64,000 bases of DNA from Candidatus Hydrogenedentota bacterium (lineage in GTDB: Bacteria; Hydrogenedentota; Hydrogenedentia; Hydrogenedentales; SLHB01). Below the pieces are notes generated by a model, which worked only from the letters and a program-made list of their open reading frames with translations, was not told the origin of the DNA and did not search any database. Of the stretch, positions 41,286 to 51,834 are shown piece by piece. A program made the translations under genes and the position numbers. The stretch's first letter is position 1; each line of letters opens with the position of its first letter. The stretch covers positions 235,137 through 299,136 of the forward strand of contig BTWA01000002.1 in the NCBI GenBank assembly GCA_045863295.1. The letters are read 5' to 3'.

Positions 41286-42170
41286 ATGTGCCGTCCACAA
41301 CCACATCACCTTTTTATTATCGCCTTCGCTTTCGCGGTGTTGGGCGGGTGCCATTCTGGAGCCCCACGTGAGCGTCAAGGCATCATATCGTTTTCGCCCA
41401 ACCTGACGGAGACGGTGTTTGCGTTGGGCGCGGGGCACCGCATTGTGGCGGTGACGGATTTCTGCGACTATCCGGCGGAGGTGTCTACGTTGCCCAAAGT
41501 AGGGGGGTATATCAATCCTGCGTTGGAGACTATGACGATGCTTCAACCGGAGCTGATCCTATTGCCGGGGCAACATCCGCGCGTGGCGGAATATGCGCGG
41601 GAGGCGAAGATATCCGTGCTGAATGTGCATATGGACAGCTTGGAGACGATCGAGGCGGGCATACGGACAATAGGCGCGCGTTTGGATTGCCGGGACGAGG
41701 CGGCTTCGTTGTGGGAGCAAATCAGCACCGAATTGAAGGCAGTCCGGGAATCGGTTTCCGGTCGTCCGCGCCCCAAGGTTTTGGTAATTAATACCCGAAG
41801 CAGCCACGATTTGAACTCGCTATTTACGGTGGGCGCGTTGTCGTTTTTGTCCGAGTTGACGGATATTGCGGGCGGCGACAACCTATTTCGTGACGACAAA
41901 ACGGATTATTTTGAGGCTTCGAAGGAGTCCGTGGTGTTGCGTGAGCCGGATGTGATCATTGAATTTCATGCGGGTGAGAATTTGTCCGCGGAAGAGTCGA
42001 GCCGGTTTATTGCGGATTGGTCAGTCTTGACGACAGTGCCCGCCGTTCGCCACGGCCGCATCTATCTGTTTCACGAAAGTTATGGGCTGCGGCCGGGTCC
42101 GCGCATTGGACAGACGGCCCGTGATTTGGCCGGGATGTTGCATCCAGACGTGGGAGTTGCCGCGCCATGA
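41286..42170 (+). CDS. Cobalamin/Fe-siderophore ABC transporter substrate-binding lipoprotein (BtuF-like)
   Basis: Lipobox LGGC, ISFSPNLTETVFALG, DFCDYP, RPGPR. Confidence 0.87.
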   Translation: MCRPQPHHLFIIAFAFAVLGGCHSGAPRERQGIISFSPNLTETVFALGAGHRIVAVTDFCDYPAEVSTLPKVGGYINPALETMTMLQPELILLPGQHPRVAEYAREAKISVLNVHMDSLETIEAGIRTIGARLDCRDEAASLWEQISTELKAVRESVSGRPRPKVLVINTRSSHDLNSLFTVGALSFLSELTDIAGGDNLFRDDKTDYFEASKESVVLREPDVIIEFHAGENLSAEESSRFIADWSVLTTVPAVRHGRIYLFHESYGLRPGPRIGQTARDLAGMLHPDVGVAAP

Positions 42171-42967
42171 GCGGTGCACTGGTGGCCGAAGGCGTCTCAT
42201 TCGAATATGTGCCGGGCGATCCGGTGTTCCGAAACGTTGATTGTCGTGTTTCTCCGGGCAGATTGGTTGGCATAGTCGGGCCAAACGGATCGGGGAAGAG
42301 TACTTTGTTGCGGGTGCTCTGTGGACTGTTGAAGCCTTTGCGGGGGTGTGTAACGGCCAATGGGACGCGATTGACAGAGTTGTCGCATCGCGAACGGGCG
42401 CGACGGGTTGCGTTTCTCCCCCAGTCGGTGAATCCCGTTTTCAGTATGACATGCATGGAGGTTGTTTGTCTTGGCCGGTTTCCGCATTTGGGGGCGTTGG
42501 GTGCATTGAGTCGCCATGACGCGGAGGTGGCTGAGCGCTGTCTGCGTGAAACTGCGTCATGGGATCTTTGCGACCGTGATTTCCAGTCGCTTTCCGGTGG
42601 TGAACGTCAACGTGTGCTGTTGGCCAGCATACTTGCCCAAGAGGCTGAGTTTCTTTTGTTGGACGAGCCGACGTCGGCACTCGACATCCATCATCAGGTG
42701 GAGATATTTGCGCATTTGCGGCGGCTATCCCGCGACCGTTTTGGCGTTGCGGTGGTGACCCACGATCTCAATCTTGCTGCCCGGTTTTGTGGTCATGTGC
42801 TTTTGATGTCGAAGACGGCGGATGGATTTCTTGCGGCGGGCGCGCCGGATGAGGTATTCGACGAAGGCACGCTTTCCTCGGCGTATGGATCGCGAATCCA
42901 TGTGTCGCGCCATCCCATCACGGGAGCGGTACTTATTTCTGCGGACTGCGCGATGGAGGTTTCATGA
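42167..42967 (+). CDS. Cobalamin/Fe ABC transporter ATP-binding protein
   Basis: GPNGSGKST, LSGGERQR, LLDEPT, HDLNLAA. Confidence 0.92.
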   Translation: MSGALVAEGVSFEYVPGDPVFRNVDCRVSPGRLVGIVGPNGSGKSTLLRVLCGLLKPLRGCVTANGTRLTELSHRERARRVAFLPQSVNPVFSMTCMEVVCLGRFPHLGALGALSRHDAEVAERCLRETASWDLCDRDFQSLSGGERQRVLLASILAQEAEFLLLDEPTSALDIHHQVEIFAHLRRLSRDRFGVAVVTHDLNLAARFCGHVLLMSKTADGFLAAGAPDEVFDEGTLSSAYGSRIHVSRHPITGAVLISADCAMEVS

Positions 42968-44049
42968 TGCGTCGCGCAAAGCCGGGATTTATAGTGACGC
43001 TGCTGATTGGCAGTGTACTTCTTGCGGTGGCGAGTTTGTTTATCGGCACCGAATCTCCCAGCGTGAGTCAGGCGTTTCGCGACTGGATGGATGGTAAAGG
43101 CGTCTATGAATCGGCACATCTGAGTGTGTTTGTCCAACAGCGGCTTCCGCGCACGCTGTTGGCGCTGATTGCCGGGGGCGGTCTTGCGTTGACCGGGTGC
43201 GCGTTTCAAGCCCTTCTGCGCAATCCGCTGGCAACGCCGTATACGCTTGGGATTGCGAGTTTTGGCGCGTTGGGAGCTTGGACGGCCACCATAGTCATAC
43301 AATATGCGACGATGTTGTTGTCGGGTGCGGACCGGGGCTTTGCGGGCGACGTGATTTTGTGGCTGGTGCAGGCCGACGTGCTGGGGTTTTCTCTCGTACA
43401 GTTTTTCGCGTTTTTGTTTGCGGGTGTTGATGTTCTGCTTATTTACATTATCGCAACGCAACGCACGCATATCAGCCCTTCCGTATTGCTTCTCGCGGGC
43501 GTGACACTGGGGATGCTGGCGAACGCCGGTATCATGCTTATGCGATTTCTTGCACACCCGACACTACTGGTCAACATGGAACGTTGGTTGATGGGTGGCG
43601 TTGATTTGCCTGGATACGAGCCTGTCGTGGCGTTGATAGTGGGTGTGTTGCCATGTTCCGTGATCCTGATACTGCAGGCCTCGAAATTCGATCAACTTGG
43701 GTTTGGCGCGGAAATGGCTGCCGGGCGCGGCGTGAACGTAAAGCGGTTGCAGGTTGTGACTTTTCTTTTCGGTTCGCTGCTGACGGCGATCATTGTATCC
43801 AAGGTAGGTCCCATTGGATTTGCCGGTCTCATAGTGCCCCATGCGGTACGGAGTGTCACTGGATCCCGGCATCGGTTGTTGATGCCATTGTGTGTAATTG
43901 CAGGCGGTGGTTTTTTGTGCTTTTGCGACATACTTGCGCGCAAGCTTTTGACGGGCGAAACGCCCATAGGCATTGTCACGGCGTTGTTTGGCGGACCTTT
44001 CTTTTTGTACCTGTTGGTTCGGGGCCGATTTACGGACTGGGATACCTGA
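42964..44049 (+). CDS. FecCD/BtuC family permease
   Basis: RLPR, QALLRNPLATPYTLG, GPIGFAGLIVPH, GGPFF. Confidence 0.92.
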   Translation: MMRRAKPGFIVTLLIGSVLLAVASLFIGTESPSVSQAFRDWMDGKGVYESAHLSVFVQQRLPRTLLALIAGGGLALTGCAFQALLRNPLATPYTLGIASFGALGAWTATIVIQYATMLLSGADRGFAGDVILWLVQADVLGFSLVQFFAFLFAGVDVLLIYIIATQRTHISPSVLLLAGVTLGMLANAGIMLMRFLAHPTLLVNMERWLMGGVDLPGYEPVVALIVGVLPCSVILILQASKFDQLGFGAEMAAGRGVNVKRLQVVTFLFGSLLTAIIVSKVGPIGFAGLIVPHAVRSVTGSRHRLLMPLCVIAGGGFLCFCDILARKLLTGETPIGIVTALFGGPFFLYLLVRGRFTDWDT

Positions 44050-44065
44050 GACAAACTCTTGGCGA

Positions 44066-45931
44066 TCAGGCAGCGGTCAATTTCTTAGGCTTTGGAGTGA
44101 GCAGGGATACTACGATCAACACGATAAAGCCCAGTGGAATGGTGACGAGACCGGGTTGGCTGAAGGGCACCATGGACGTTTTTGGGTCCCATCCATACAC
44201 TTTCGAGTAGGTGTCCGCCGAAAGCAATATCCATAGAATTGACGTTGTCATACCCACGAAGACCGCGCTTGCGATGCCTTCCTTTGTGGTGCGCGGCCAG
44301 AACAGCATCATTACGAGTGCGGGCAGATTGGCCGATGCGGCGATGTTAAACGCCCAGCCGACCAGAAAGCTCACGTTGAAATCCTTAAACAGAACGCCCA
44401 TGAACATGGCCGACGCACCGAGCAACACCGCCACGCTTTTTCCATACAACACCTTTTGATGATCGGTCATCGGAATTTTGAAGAAGTTTTCGAGCAAATC
44501 GTGCGCGACAGCCCCGGAGCCGGCCATTATCAATCCCGATACCGTGCCAAGCACGGTAGTGAATGCAATTGCGGAGATGATGGCGAACATAAGTTCGCTG
44601 AAAGAGCGGGCCAGAAGAGGGGCCGCCATGTTGTTGTCGGTTACGTCCATGGCGCCGCTGGTCATGGCACCGAGACCCAAGTAGAGCGTAAGGACGTAAA
44701 AAAAGCCGATTGAAGCTATGCCGACTACGGTGCTCTTTCGTGCGGAGGCCTGGTCCTTGACGGTATAGTATCGAATCAGAATGTGGGGTAGTGACGCGGT
44801 CCCACAAAAGAGAGCGAGCATGAGCGATATGAAATCGAGTTTCTCCGTGAAGTTCTCCGAGGTCATGCCTTTGAAGTAGCCGCCGGGGGTCAACAGCTCC
44901 GAGCCCTTTTTCAGGACCGGATAAAAGACCGTGGTAGTCGTTCCATCCGCTTCCTTTAACACTTCCTTGGACCACGTCATCACTGTGGAATCCCGCAGAA
45001 TTCCAAAGAACTCGAGCGGGCCAACGGCGCCTGTTTTTTCCACTCCACCGGGTAGCGCGGCCAGGGTTCCGACCGGATTCAGGTCGTGACCATTGCCTTG
45101 TGGCTTTCCGTTGACCCTTTTTGTGCCGTCCGGGAGGATGACGATGGTTTGTGTTCTGATCCAGCCTTCAGGGGTGACCCGTACGACGGACTCCACACCT
45201 TCGGCATCGATAAGCTTGATGTAAGGCTTGTCTGGCCAGACGTTTTCGAGCACCGTCATCGCGGCGTCATTTTTTACCGCTTCGGGATTCATTATGTCGG
45301 GCCCGGGTTTTGCTTCAAAGCCGCGCACTAGAATCATGATGGTCAATGCGGCGCAGAACAATACAAGGAGAAATCCCTTAATGAATTGCACCCATGTGGT
45401 CGAGACCATGCCAGCGGTGACGACAATCAAGGTTACTGTGATTCCAACGATTATGACGCCCGCGTAATGTGGCAAACCCAGCAGCGGTGTAATCAATGCA
45501 CCCGCTCCCACCATTTGTGGAATCAAATAGAATCCGCTGATGAGCATGGTGGACAGGGCTACGGCCAGTTTGATGCCTCTGGAGTTGTATTTGCTGTCGA
45601 GCGCATCCGCGAAGGTAAATTTTCCAAGGCGCTTGATGGGTTCGGCGATGACGAAAAGGGCGACGATCCATCCTGCGAGATAACCAATGGAGTACAGGAA
45701 GCCGTCATATCCGTAAAATGCAATGAGTCCGCAAATTCCCAGAAAGGATGCCGCGGACAGGTAGTCTCCGGCAAAGGCTACACCGTTTACGGCCCAGTGA
45801 ATTTGTCCGTGCGCGGTGTAATAGCCGGTGGCGGTTTGACCGCGTCTTCCGAGATAGAACGACAGCCCCAGAACTCCGAGGACAAATAAGGCAAAGATTG
45901 CAACCGCGACAAAGGAAGTTGAGTACAGCAT
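44066..45931 (-). CDS. actP: Cation/acetate symporter (SSS family)
   Basis: AGDYLSAASFLG, TTWVQFIKG, GTASLPHILIRYYTV; DUF485 gene upstream. Confidence 0.88.
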   Translation of the reverse strand: MLYSTSFVAVAIFALFVLGVLGLSFYLGRRGQTATGYYTAHGQIHWAVNGVAFAGDYLSAASFLGICGLIAFYGYDGFLYSIGYLAGWIVALFVIAEPIKRLGKFTFADALDSKYNSRGIKLAVALSTMLISGFYLIPQMVGAGALITPLLGLPHYAGVIIVGITVTLIVVTAGMVSTTWVQFIKGFLLVLFCAALTIMILVRGFEAKPGPDIMNPEAVKNDAAMTVLENVWPDKPYIKLIDAEGVESVVRVTPEGWIRTQTIVILPDGTKRVNGKPQGNGHDLNPVGTLAALPGGVEKTGAVGPLEFFGILRDSTVMTWSKEVLKEADGTTTTVFYPVLKKGSELLTPGGYFKGMTSENFTEKLDFISLMLALFCGTASLPHILIRYYTVKDQASARKSTVVGIASIGFFYVLTLYLGLGAMTSGAMDVTDNNMAAPLLARSFSELMFAIISAIAFTTVLGTVSGLIMAGSGAVAHDLLENFFKIPMTDHQKVLYGKSVAVLLGASAMFMGVLFKDFNVSFLVGWAFNIAASANLPALVMMLFWPRTTKEGIASAVFVGMTTSILWILLSADTYSKVYGWDPKTSMVPFSQPGLVTIPLGFIVLIVVSLLTPKPKKLTAA

Positions 45932-46212
45932 CAGGAACAATCCTCTCCGCCGCCGGACATTTCTCTGGGATGCTTGGGCATTCGGCAAAGGTACATGTAC
46001 AGCAGGGCCAGGAGCAGCGCGGCAATGATCAGGCCAAAGCCGTAGGCGACGGCCAGGTTTAGCCCGCCGCCGACGGCAACGCCCATGAGAGACGTTTTGA
46101 ACACCGCGAGGAACACGAATCCGCCGTAGAGAGCGACATAAACGGCGAACAAAATCAGCCCGTACCGGGCATTTCGGTTTACCAGATGCGGCTGGTTGTC
46201 ATGATGCGACAC
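45931..46212 (-). CDS. DUF485 (YjcH-like) membrane protein
   Basis: RNARYGLILF...NLAVAYGFGLI; coupled to actP. Confidence 0.85.
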   Translation of the reverse strand: MSHHDNQPHLVNRNARYGLILFAVYVALYGGFVFLAVFKTSLMGVAVGGGLNLAVAYGFGLIIAALLLALLYMYLCRMPKHPREMSGGGEDCS

Positions 46213-46317
46213 GATACCCGTTTCCCTTTTTTGTGCTTAGTCCGCCGATGACCGCGCCAGTAAACCGTTTAGGCGGCGTCTGTGTCAACCGTGCGCGGAA
46301 ATTGCCGAGGAGCCTGC

Positions 46318-46346
46318 TTGACAGTCTGCTGGGGTGGACCTATAGT
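46318..46346 (+). promoter_or_regulatory. sigma70 promoter
   Basis: TTGACA-17 bp-TATAGT; back-to-back with a minus-strand TTGACA at 46283-46288. Confidence 0.7.
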
Positions 46347-46387
46347 CAGGTGTCGAGTATTTACCGATTTGAAGGGGGGAGTGAATC

Positions 46388-48931
46388 ATGAAGCCGGTGC
46401 GATTGGGGGCGTCGCTGGGTGTGTTCGTTGTGTGCTTGGCCGCGTGGGGCGAGACGCCACGGTATACCGTAGAGCAGGCCTCCAGCTACATGCGGGATTG
46501 GTTGTTGCTTGGCCCTTTCCCCGTGGCGGAAAGTGACCAGGCGACCGATCAGACGTTGCATATTCCGAGTTTTCATGCGGATACCCTTGCTTCCATTGGG
46601 GGCGAGGCGCACGCGCAGATTTCCGAGGGCGGTGTGGTTGAAGCGGGCGGGGTATCGCGCACGTGGGCATTGCACCGTTCGGCCAGCGATCTGATCGATT
46701 TGGATAAGGCCATATCGACGGACTCTTTGGTGTTTGGTTACGCCTATTGCGAGATCGAGTCTCAAGATGAGCGAACGGTTGTATTGGCCGCTGGATCGAA
46801 CGATGACGGCCGGATGTGGCTGAACGGTGTGGAAGTGATTTCGGATCTGGGGCCACATGGGCATCGGTTCGACGGAGTACTCGCGCCGGTGCGGTTGAAG
46901 AAAGGCCGCAACACGCTGTTGGTCAAAGCGATGGATCGCGCGGGTTTTTGGCAGTTTTCCGCGCGCATTCTTCCCATTCTGGATCCGGCAGTCTTGCCGC
47001 GTATTTCGGTATTTCGTTGCGTGACGGATTCGGACGGAGTGGCGCGGCTACGAGTCCTGCCCATTGTGCCCGCCGCGTCGGATGCTGTGGCGTCGGCGAA
47101 GCTGCAGGTGTATCGGAGCAAGGATCCAGACGTGGTGCTTTGGGCCGGTGCATGGGAACCGGGTCCGGATTTTGCCCTCCCGCTCGATCCCAAACGGTAT
47201 GACGAATTAATGCTTCGTGTGGACGCGGAGTTTGCCGGTGGAGGAGTGCATTCCACCGAGATTCCGTTTACCGTAGGAATTCGGCGGGAGTACAGGCTAT
47301 TTGCGGATGGCGTTTCCGACTACGCCATCGAGATTACGGCGGATGCCACTGAATCCGAGACGTGGGCAGCCGAGGAATTGCAGCATTGGATTCGCGAAGC
47401 GAGTTCGGTCGAGATACCCGTACTTGAGCCTGGAGCGCCGTGGAGCGACGCGCGGATTGTGATAGGCCATGCAGGCCGTGATCCGCAGGATGAGTCATTT
47501 CGCTATTTTAACGTTGGCCCGTCCATTTTTGTTGAAGGTGGTTCGGAACGCGGCGCCATGTACGGTGTATTTTCGTTTCTGGAACGAGAGTTGGGTTGTC
47601 GTTGGTATACGCCAAGGGTGTCGGCGGTCCCGAAGAAGGCGTCGTATACGTTTCATTACCTGGATCATGCCGAGGCGCCCGGAGTGACGGTGCGGAATGA
47701 CTTTTACTTCGAAGCTTTCGAACCCATCTGGGCCGCTCGGAACCGGATTAATGGCGCCATGGGGTATCGGGAGCAACCGGGCGGCGTGGAGTCGTATTGG
47801 GGTGTGCATACGTTTTACCCACTCATGCCGCCGTCAGAATTCTTCGACAGCCATCCTGAGTATTACAGTTTGATTGATGGCAAGCGCCAACATGATCACG
47901 CGCAATTGTGTCTGACGAATCCGGATGTGTTGCGGATATTGACCGAGCGCCTTCGCCAGCGCATGCGGGAGAATCCGGAGTATCTGATTTATTGCGTGTC
48001 GCAGAATGATTGGCGCAACCCTTGCCAATGTGAGAAATGCAGCGCGATTGTGGAGCGGGAGGGCAGCGAGGCCGGTCCGATGGTGGAATTTGTGAATGCG
48101 GTAGCCGAAGCGGTGGAGGCGGAATTTCCGGATAAGTACATTGGCACCCTTGCGTATCAGTACACGCGCAAACCGCCGAAGACCGTGAAGCCGCGGAAGA
48201 ATGTTGTGATACGGTTGTGCAGTATCGAGTGCTGTTTTTCCCATCCGATGACGGAGTGTCCGGAGAATCAGTCGTTCGTAGAAGACATTCGAGGGTGGGC
48301 TGCGATTGCGCCCAAGATATACATCTGGGATTACGTGGTGAATTTTTCCCATTACGTGATGCCGTATCCGAACTTTCCCGTATTGCAGCCCAACATCCAA
48401 TTTCTGCGGGAGCACCACGCGATTGGGATTATGGAGCAGGCAGCGTATCAAAGCCGTGGAGGCGAGTTTGCCGAATTGCGGATGTATGTGATTGCGAAGC
48501 TGTTGTGGAATCCCGATTGCGATGTGAATGCCGCGATTGACGATTTCATGTACGGTTACTACGGACGCGCAGGGCAATATGTGCGGGCCTATTTTGATTT
48601 GTTGCACGGTCAGGTCACGCCGGAGCGGCACATTACGTTGGGATTGAGGCCGGACGATCCGCTGTTCAGCGATGCGTTCGTGCGCAAGGCGGGCTGGCTG
48701 TTTGATCAAGCCGAGGCCATCGCGGATAACGAAGAGATTCGGCAGCGGGTGGAAATGGCGCGATTGCCGGTTTTGTATTTGAAGTGCAAGCGGATGCCTC
48801 TCGAGGCCAAGCAGGACGGCAGTTTCGCGCGGTTCAAGGCGATCGCCGAGCGGGAAGGCGTGACGCATTTGGCGGAGGCTGGCGAGCCTCACCGGCTTGC
48901 ATTCTATGCGGAGATGGATGCGGCGCAGTGA
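46388..48931 (+). CDS. DUF4838-domain secreted protein with N-terminal beta-sandwich domain
   Basis: HPEYYSLIDGKR, QLCLTNP, CQCEKC, TLAYQY, KLLWNP. Confidence 0.8.
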   Translation: MKPVRLGASLGVFVVCLAAWGETPRYTVEQASSYMRDWLLLGPFPVAESDQATDQTLHIPSFHADTLASIGGEAHAQISEGGVVEAGGVSRTWALHRSASDLIDLDKAISTDSLVFGYAYCEIESQDERTVVLAAGSNDDGRMWLNGVEVISDLGPHGHRFDGVLAPVRLKKGRNTLLVKAMDRAGFWQFSARILPILDPAVLPRISVFRCVTDSDGVARLRVLPIVPAASDAVASAKLQVYRSKDPDVVLWAGAWEPGPDFALPLDPKRYDELMLRVDAEFAGGGVHSTEIPFTVGIRREYRLFADGVSDYAIEITADATESETWAAEELQHWIREASSVEIPVLEPGAPWSDARIVIGHAGRDPQDESFRYFNVGPSIFVEGGSERGAMYGVFSFLERELGCRWYTPRVSAVPKKASYTFHYLDHAEAPGVTVRNDFYFEAFEPIWAARNRINGAMGYREQPGGVESYWGVHTFYPLMPPSEFFDSHPEYYSLIDGKRQHDHAQLCLTNPDVLRILTERLRQRMRENPEYLIYCVSQNDWRNPCQCEKCSAIVEREGSEAGPMVEFVNAVAEAVEAEFPDKYIGTLAYQYTRKPPKTVKPRKNVVIRLCSIECCFSHPMTECPENQSFVEDIRGWAAIAPKIYIWDYVVNFSHYVMPYPNFPVLQPNIQFLREHHAIGIMEQAAYQSRGGEFAELRMYVIAKLLWNPDCDVNAAIDDFMYGYYGRAGQYVRAYFDLLHGQVTPERHITLGLRPDDPLFSDAFVRKAGWLFDQAEAIADNEEIRQRVEMARLPVLYLKCKRMPLEAKQDGSFARFKAIAEREGVTHLAEAGEPHRLAFYAEMDAAQ

Positions 48932-48944
48932 GCGCGGATTTGGG

Positions 48945-49889
48945 TCATTCGGATTTTGAGTATGCTGCGTACAGGCCAGCAATTTGTGCGTCATTGGAAT
49001 TACCCGGGTGGATTACTACCCGGTATCGGAATCGCAGCATTCGGCCTTTTGACCAATTGAAGCGGTCGTTTTCCAGCCAGTACATGGGCGTCGGCGAGAA
49101 GAATCCGTAGTCGCGCGTGAACCACTTGCTTGGAAACCAGGGATTGCCCGGGTGTTGCAGGATTGCGATGCCTTCCGTTTTGCCGTCGCGTGTTCCGCTG
49201 TAGCTGGCCCAAGTCGACTCCCTGCCAAACGTGCCTGCCTCGCTGCGTTGTCCTTCCGCATTGACTAGCGTACCCCCAGCCGTAACCGCCAACTCGGGCA
49301 CGACCCGGGCTGCGAAGAGCGAGTGATTCGTTTTCTCAATTGTGACGTCTTCGAGCGCTTCCAGGGAGATGTCGAAATCAATGTAGCGCAGGTTTTCGGC
49401 CGGCGCTGAAACGGTGATCCGCCGCCCGTCTCGTATGACGGGGTTTTGTCCCGGGATGCGCCACTCGCAGTGGTCTGCTATCACGACTCGGTCGGCTGTT
49501 GACTCCAACAATGCTGGACCCTGCGAGACGATTTGCCCTTTCTGGTTTGTATCCTGCCAATAGTTGCCGTCATTGACTCGATCACAGGCAAAGAACAGCG
49601 AATGGTGATGTGGATATGGTTCGGAGGATTCCGTAGTGAGGGTTTGGCCGGTGAGGGGGCCATTTATGGGCCAGAAGTATGGGTATTTTTGATCCGGGCC
49701 GGTTTTATACGTGGTAAAGAGCTTTCCGTTGATGGAGACCTCTATGGCGTTGCCGGTCTCAATGGCAGACAGGGCCTCTTTGGGGGCCTTTGTGACTTCG
49801 GGTTGACCCCAGATTTTGTTGGATGCGAGGGCGATTACTGCGATTCTGAGTGCGATTCGGGTGTAGCTTCCATATTGCTGCATGGCCAT
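48945..49889 (-). CDS. PmoA-like/DUF6807 family protein
   Basis: KYPYFWP, YPHHHSLFF, WFTRDYGFFSP. Confidence 0.75.
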   Translation of the reverse strand: MAMQQYGSYTRIALRIAVIALASNKIWGQPEVTKAPKEALSAIETGNAIEVSINGKLFTTYKTGPDQKYPYFWPINGPLTGQTLTTESSEPYPHHHSLFFACDRVNDGNYWQDTNQKGQIVSQGPALLESTADRVVIADHCEWRIPGQNPVIRDGRRITVSAPAENLRYIDFDISLEALEDVTIEKTNHSLFAARVVPELAVTAGGTLVNAEGQRSEAGTFGRESTWASYSGTRDGKTEGIAILQHPGNPWFPSKWFTRDYGFFSPTPMYWLENDRFNWSKGRMLRFRYRVVIHPGNSNDAQIAGLYAAYSKSE

Positions 49890-49980
49890 AAGTCCTTTTT
49901 ATAAAGCATGTTATTGTGTGTTTGTGCAAATCATCCATTAAGCGGTTGATTTTTAGCTACATAAAAGTTAAAATACAACT

Positions 49981-51240
49981 ATGTTATGGAGAAATATCAC
50001 ACACCCCATCCGGATCGGTATGACAGATTCCCCTGTCCTACTCCTCAACGGCGCGCGTCAAACCGGAAAAAGCACCTTGGTCCGGCATGTGGCCACGAAC
50101 AACGCTCCGTTCCAATACGCGACACTGGACGACGCGGCCATCTACGGGGCCGCCGTTGACGACCCGCAGGGATTTATACGCGGGTTCGACGGTCCTGTCG
50201 TAATCGACGAAGTACAGCGCGTACCGGACCTTTTCCGGGCGATTAAGCTGGCTGTAGATCGGGACCGCCAGCCGGGCCGGTACATTCTAACCGGATCAGC
50301 CAACGTGTTCATGCTGCCCACGGCATCCGAATCGCTTGCGGGCCGCATGGAAATACAGACCCTGTGGCCATTTTCGCAAGGCGAGTTGTTGGGCGTGCGG
50401 GACGAGTTTGTGGACCGAGTATTCGCCGGAGCGCTTCCCGGAATGGCCGGTCCCGCACTCGGCCGCCACGCCTTGGCGGACATCCTGGCGCGGGGCGGCT
50501 ATCCAGAAGCCTGCACTCGAAGCGACGCGGGACGAAGGGGCCGCTGGTTCGCGAACTATGTGAGCAGCATCCTTCAACGAGACATTCGCGACATTGCGGG
50601 CATCGACCACCTGTCCGTTATGCCGCGTTTGCTTTCGATTTTGGCGGCCCGATCGAGTACGTTGCTGAACTATGCGGAACTAGCAAGGAGCGTGGGCCTT
50701 CCGCAAACGACCTTGAAACGTTACTGCACGCTGCTGGAGACGACGTTTCTGCTCCACTTTATTCCGGCTTGGACGGAGAATGTCGGCAAGCGCTTGACTC
50801 GATCTCCAAAAGTATGCCTATGCGACACAGGGCTGGCATGTCATTTGATGGGGATAGACGCAGAACGCATGACCGCGGATCCGACCGTGCTGGGCAAGTT
50901 GTTGGAGAGCTTTACCGCTCTTGAGCTGATGAAGCAGATTAGCTGGAGCAAGACGCGGGCAACGCTTTACCACTACCGGACCGCTGCGGGACAAGAAATC
51001 GATTTCCTCATGGAAACACCGGACGGGTCCGTGGCATGTGTTGAAGTAAAGGCTTCGGAGACCATTTCGAAGGAAGATTTCCGGCATCTGATCGGTCTAC
51101 GCGATCAACTGAAAGGGCGGTTCAGGCAAGGTATACTGTTACATGCCGGTTCCGAAACCGTGTCCTTTGGCGACCGGATGTGGGCGATGCCCATCGCATC
51201 CTTGTGGCAAGGATCGCCCAACCATACAACCAGGGACTGA
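49981..51240 (+). CDS. AAA_14 ATPase with DUF4143 and C-terminal PD-(D/E)xK-like domain
   Basis: GARQTGKST, IDEVQ, TGSAN, ESLAGR, GGYPE, EIDFL...VEVK. Confidence 0.9.
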   Translation: MLWRNITHPIRIGMTDSPVLLLNGARQTGKSTLVRHVATNNAPFQYATLDDAAIYGAAVDDPQGFIRGFDGPVVIDEVQRVPDLFRAIKLAVDRDRQPGRYILTGSANVFMLPTASESLAGRMEIQTLWPFSQGELLGVRDEFVDRVFAGALPGMAGPALGRHALADILARGGYPEACTRSDAGRRGRWFANYVSSILQRDIRDIAGIDHLSVMPRLLSILAARSSTLLNYAELARSVGLPQTTLKRYCTLLETTFLLHFIPAWTENVGKRLTRSPKVCLCDTGLACHLMGIDAERMTADPTVLGKLLESFTALELMKQISWSKTRATLYHYRTAAGQEIDFLMETPDGSVACVEVKASETISKEDFRHLIGLRDQLKGRFRQGILLHAGSETVSFGDRMWAMPIASLWQGSPNHTTRD

Positions 51241-51267
51241 CCCAAATCGCACGGCGGGAGACGCGGG

Positions 51268-51834
51268 TCAGCCCCTGAACCTGCGGCGCAATTCCTTGTT
51301 GACTTCGTGGCGGTCAAACTTCGTTGGGTCGAACTGTCCCAGCCACTCAGAGACTTCCCCGTAGCTTGGATGGTTGGAATCAGACAGTGAAGCCAATATG
51401 GCCTGATACTCCCCTGCGCCGCCGCAATCTTCCGGGGGGCAGGCGTTCGCTCCATCGAGACAAACCGGATACATGGCCTTTGAATCGGCCGGGGAACAGG
51501 ATTCGACGATCACGCGATGTTGCCAACTGTCGCCAAAATCGTAGAGGTATCGAAACTCTGTTCCGACTGCACGCACGACGTCGGCCAGACGAAACCGTTG
51601 CTCGTCTTTGTAGCCGATGTCCTCTTCGGGTTCGCACAATGACTTTTCGCTATAGCGCGTGCCTCCGATTGCAAATTCATGCAAGTGGGCCTCTTCCCAA
51701 CCCATCACGATCCCAATAGCGCGGTGGAGATCCGCCAGAGAATGGGTATCGAGCATGACAAATCTGCGCCAGACGGCGGGTTCGATGTCCAGCAAGTCAA
51801 TGCGAAACCCAATGGACAGGGGTGCTGTGATCAT
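51268..51834 (-). CDS. Plasmid pRiA4b ORF-3 family protein
   Basis: PAVWRR, LHRAI..MGW...HLHEF, YLYDFGDSW, ACPPEDCGG. Confidence 0.9.
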   Translation of the reverse strand: MITAPLSIGFRIDLLDIEPAVWRRFVMLDTHSLADLHRAIGIVMGWEEAHLHEFAIGGTRYSEKSLCEPEEDIGYKDEQRFRLADVVRAVGTEFRYLYDFGDSWQHRVIVESCSPADSKAMYPVCLDGANACPPEDCGGAGEYQAILASLSDSNHPSYGEVSEWLGQFDPTKFDRHEVNKELRRRFRG

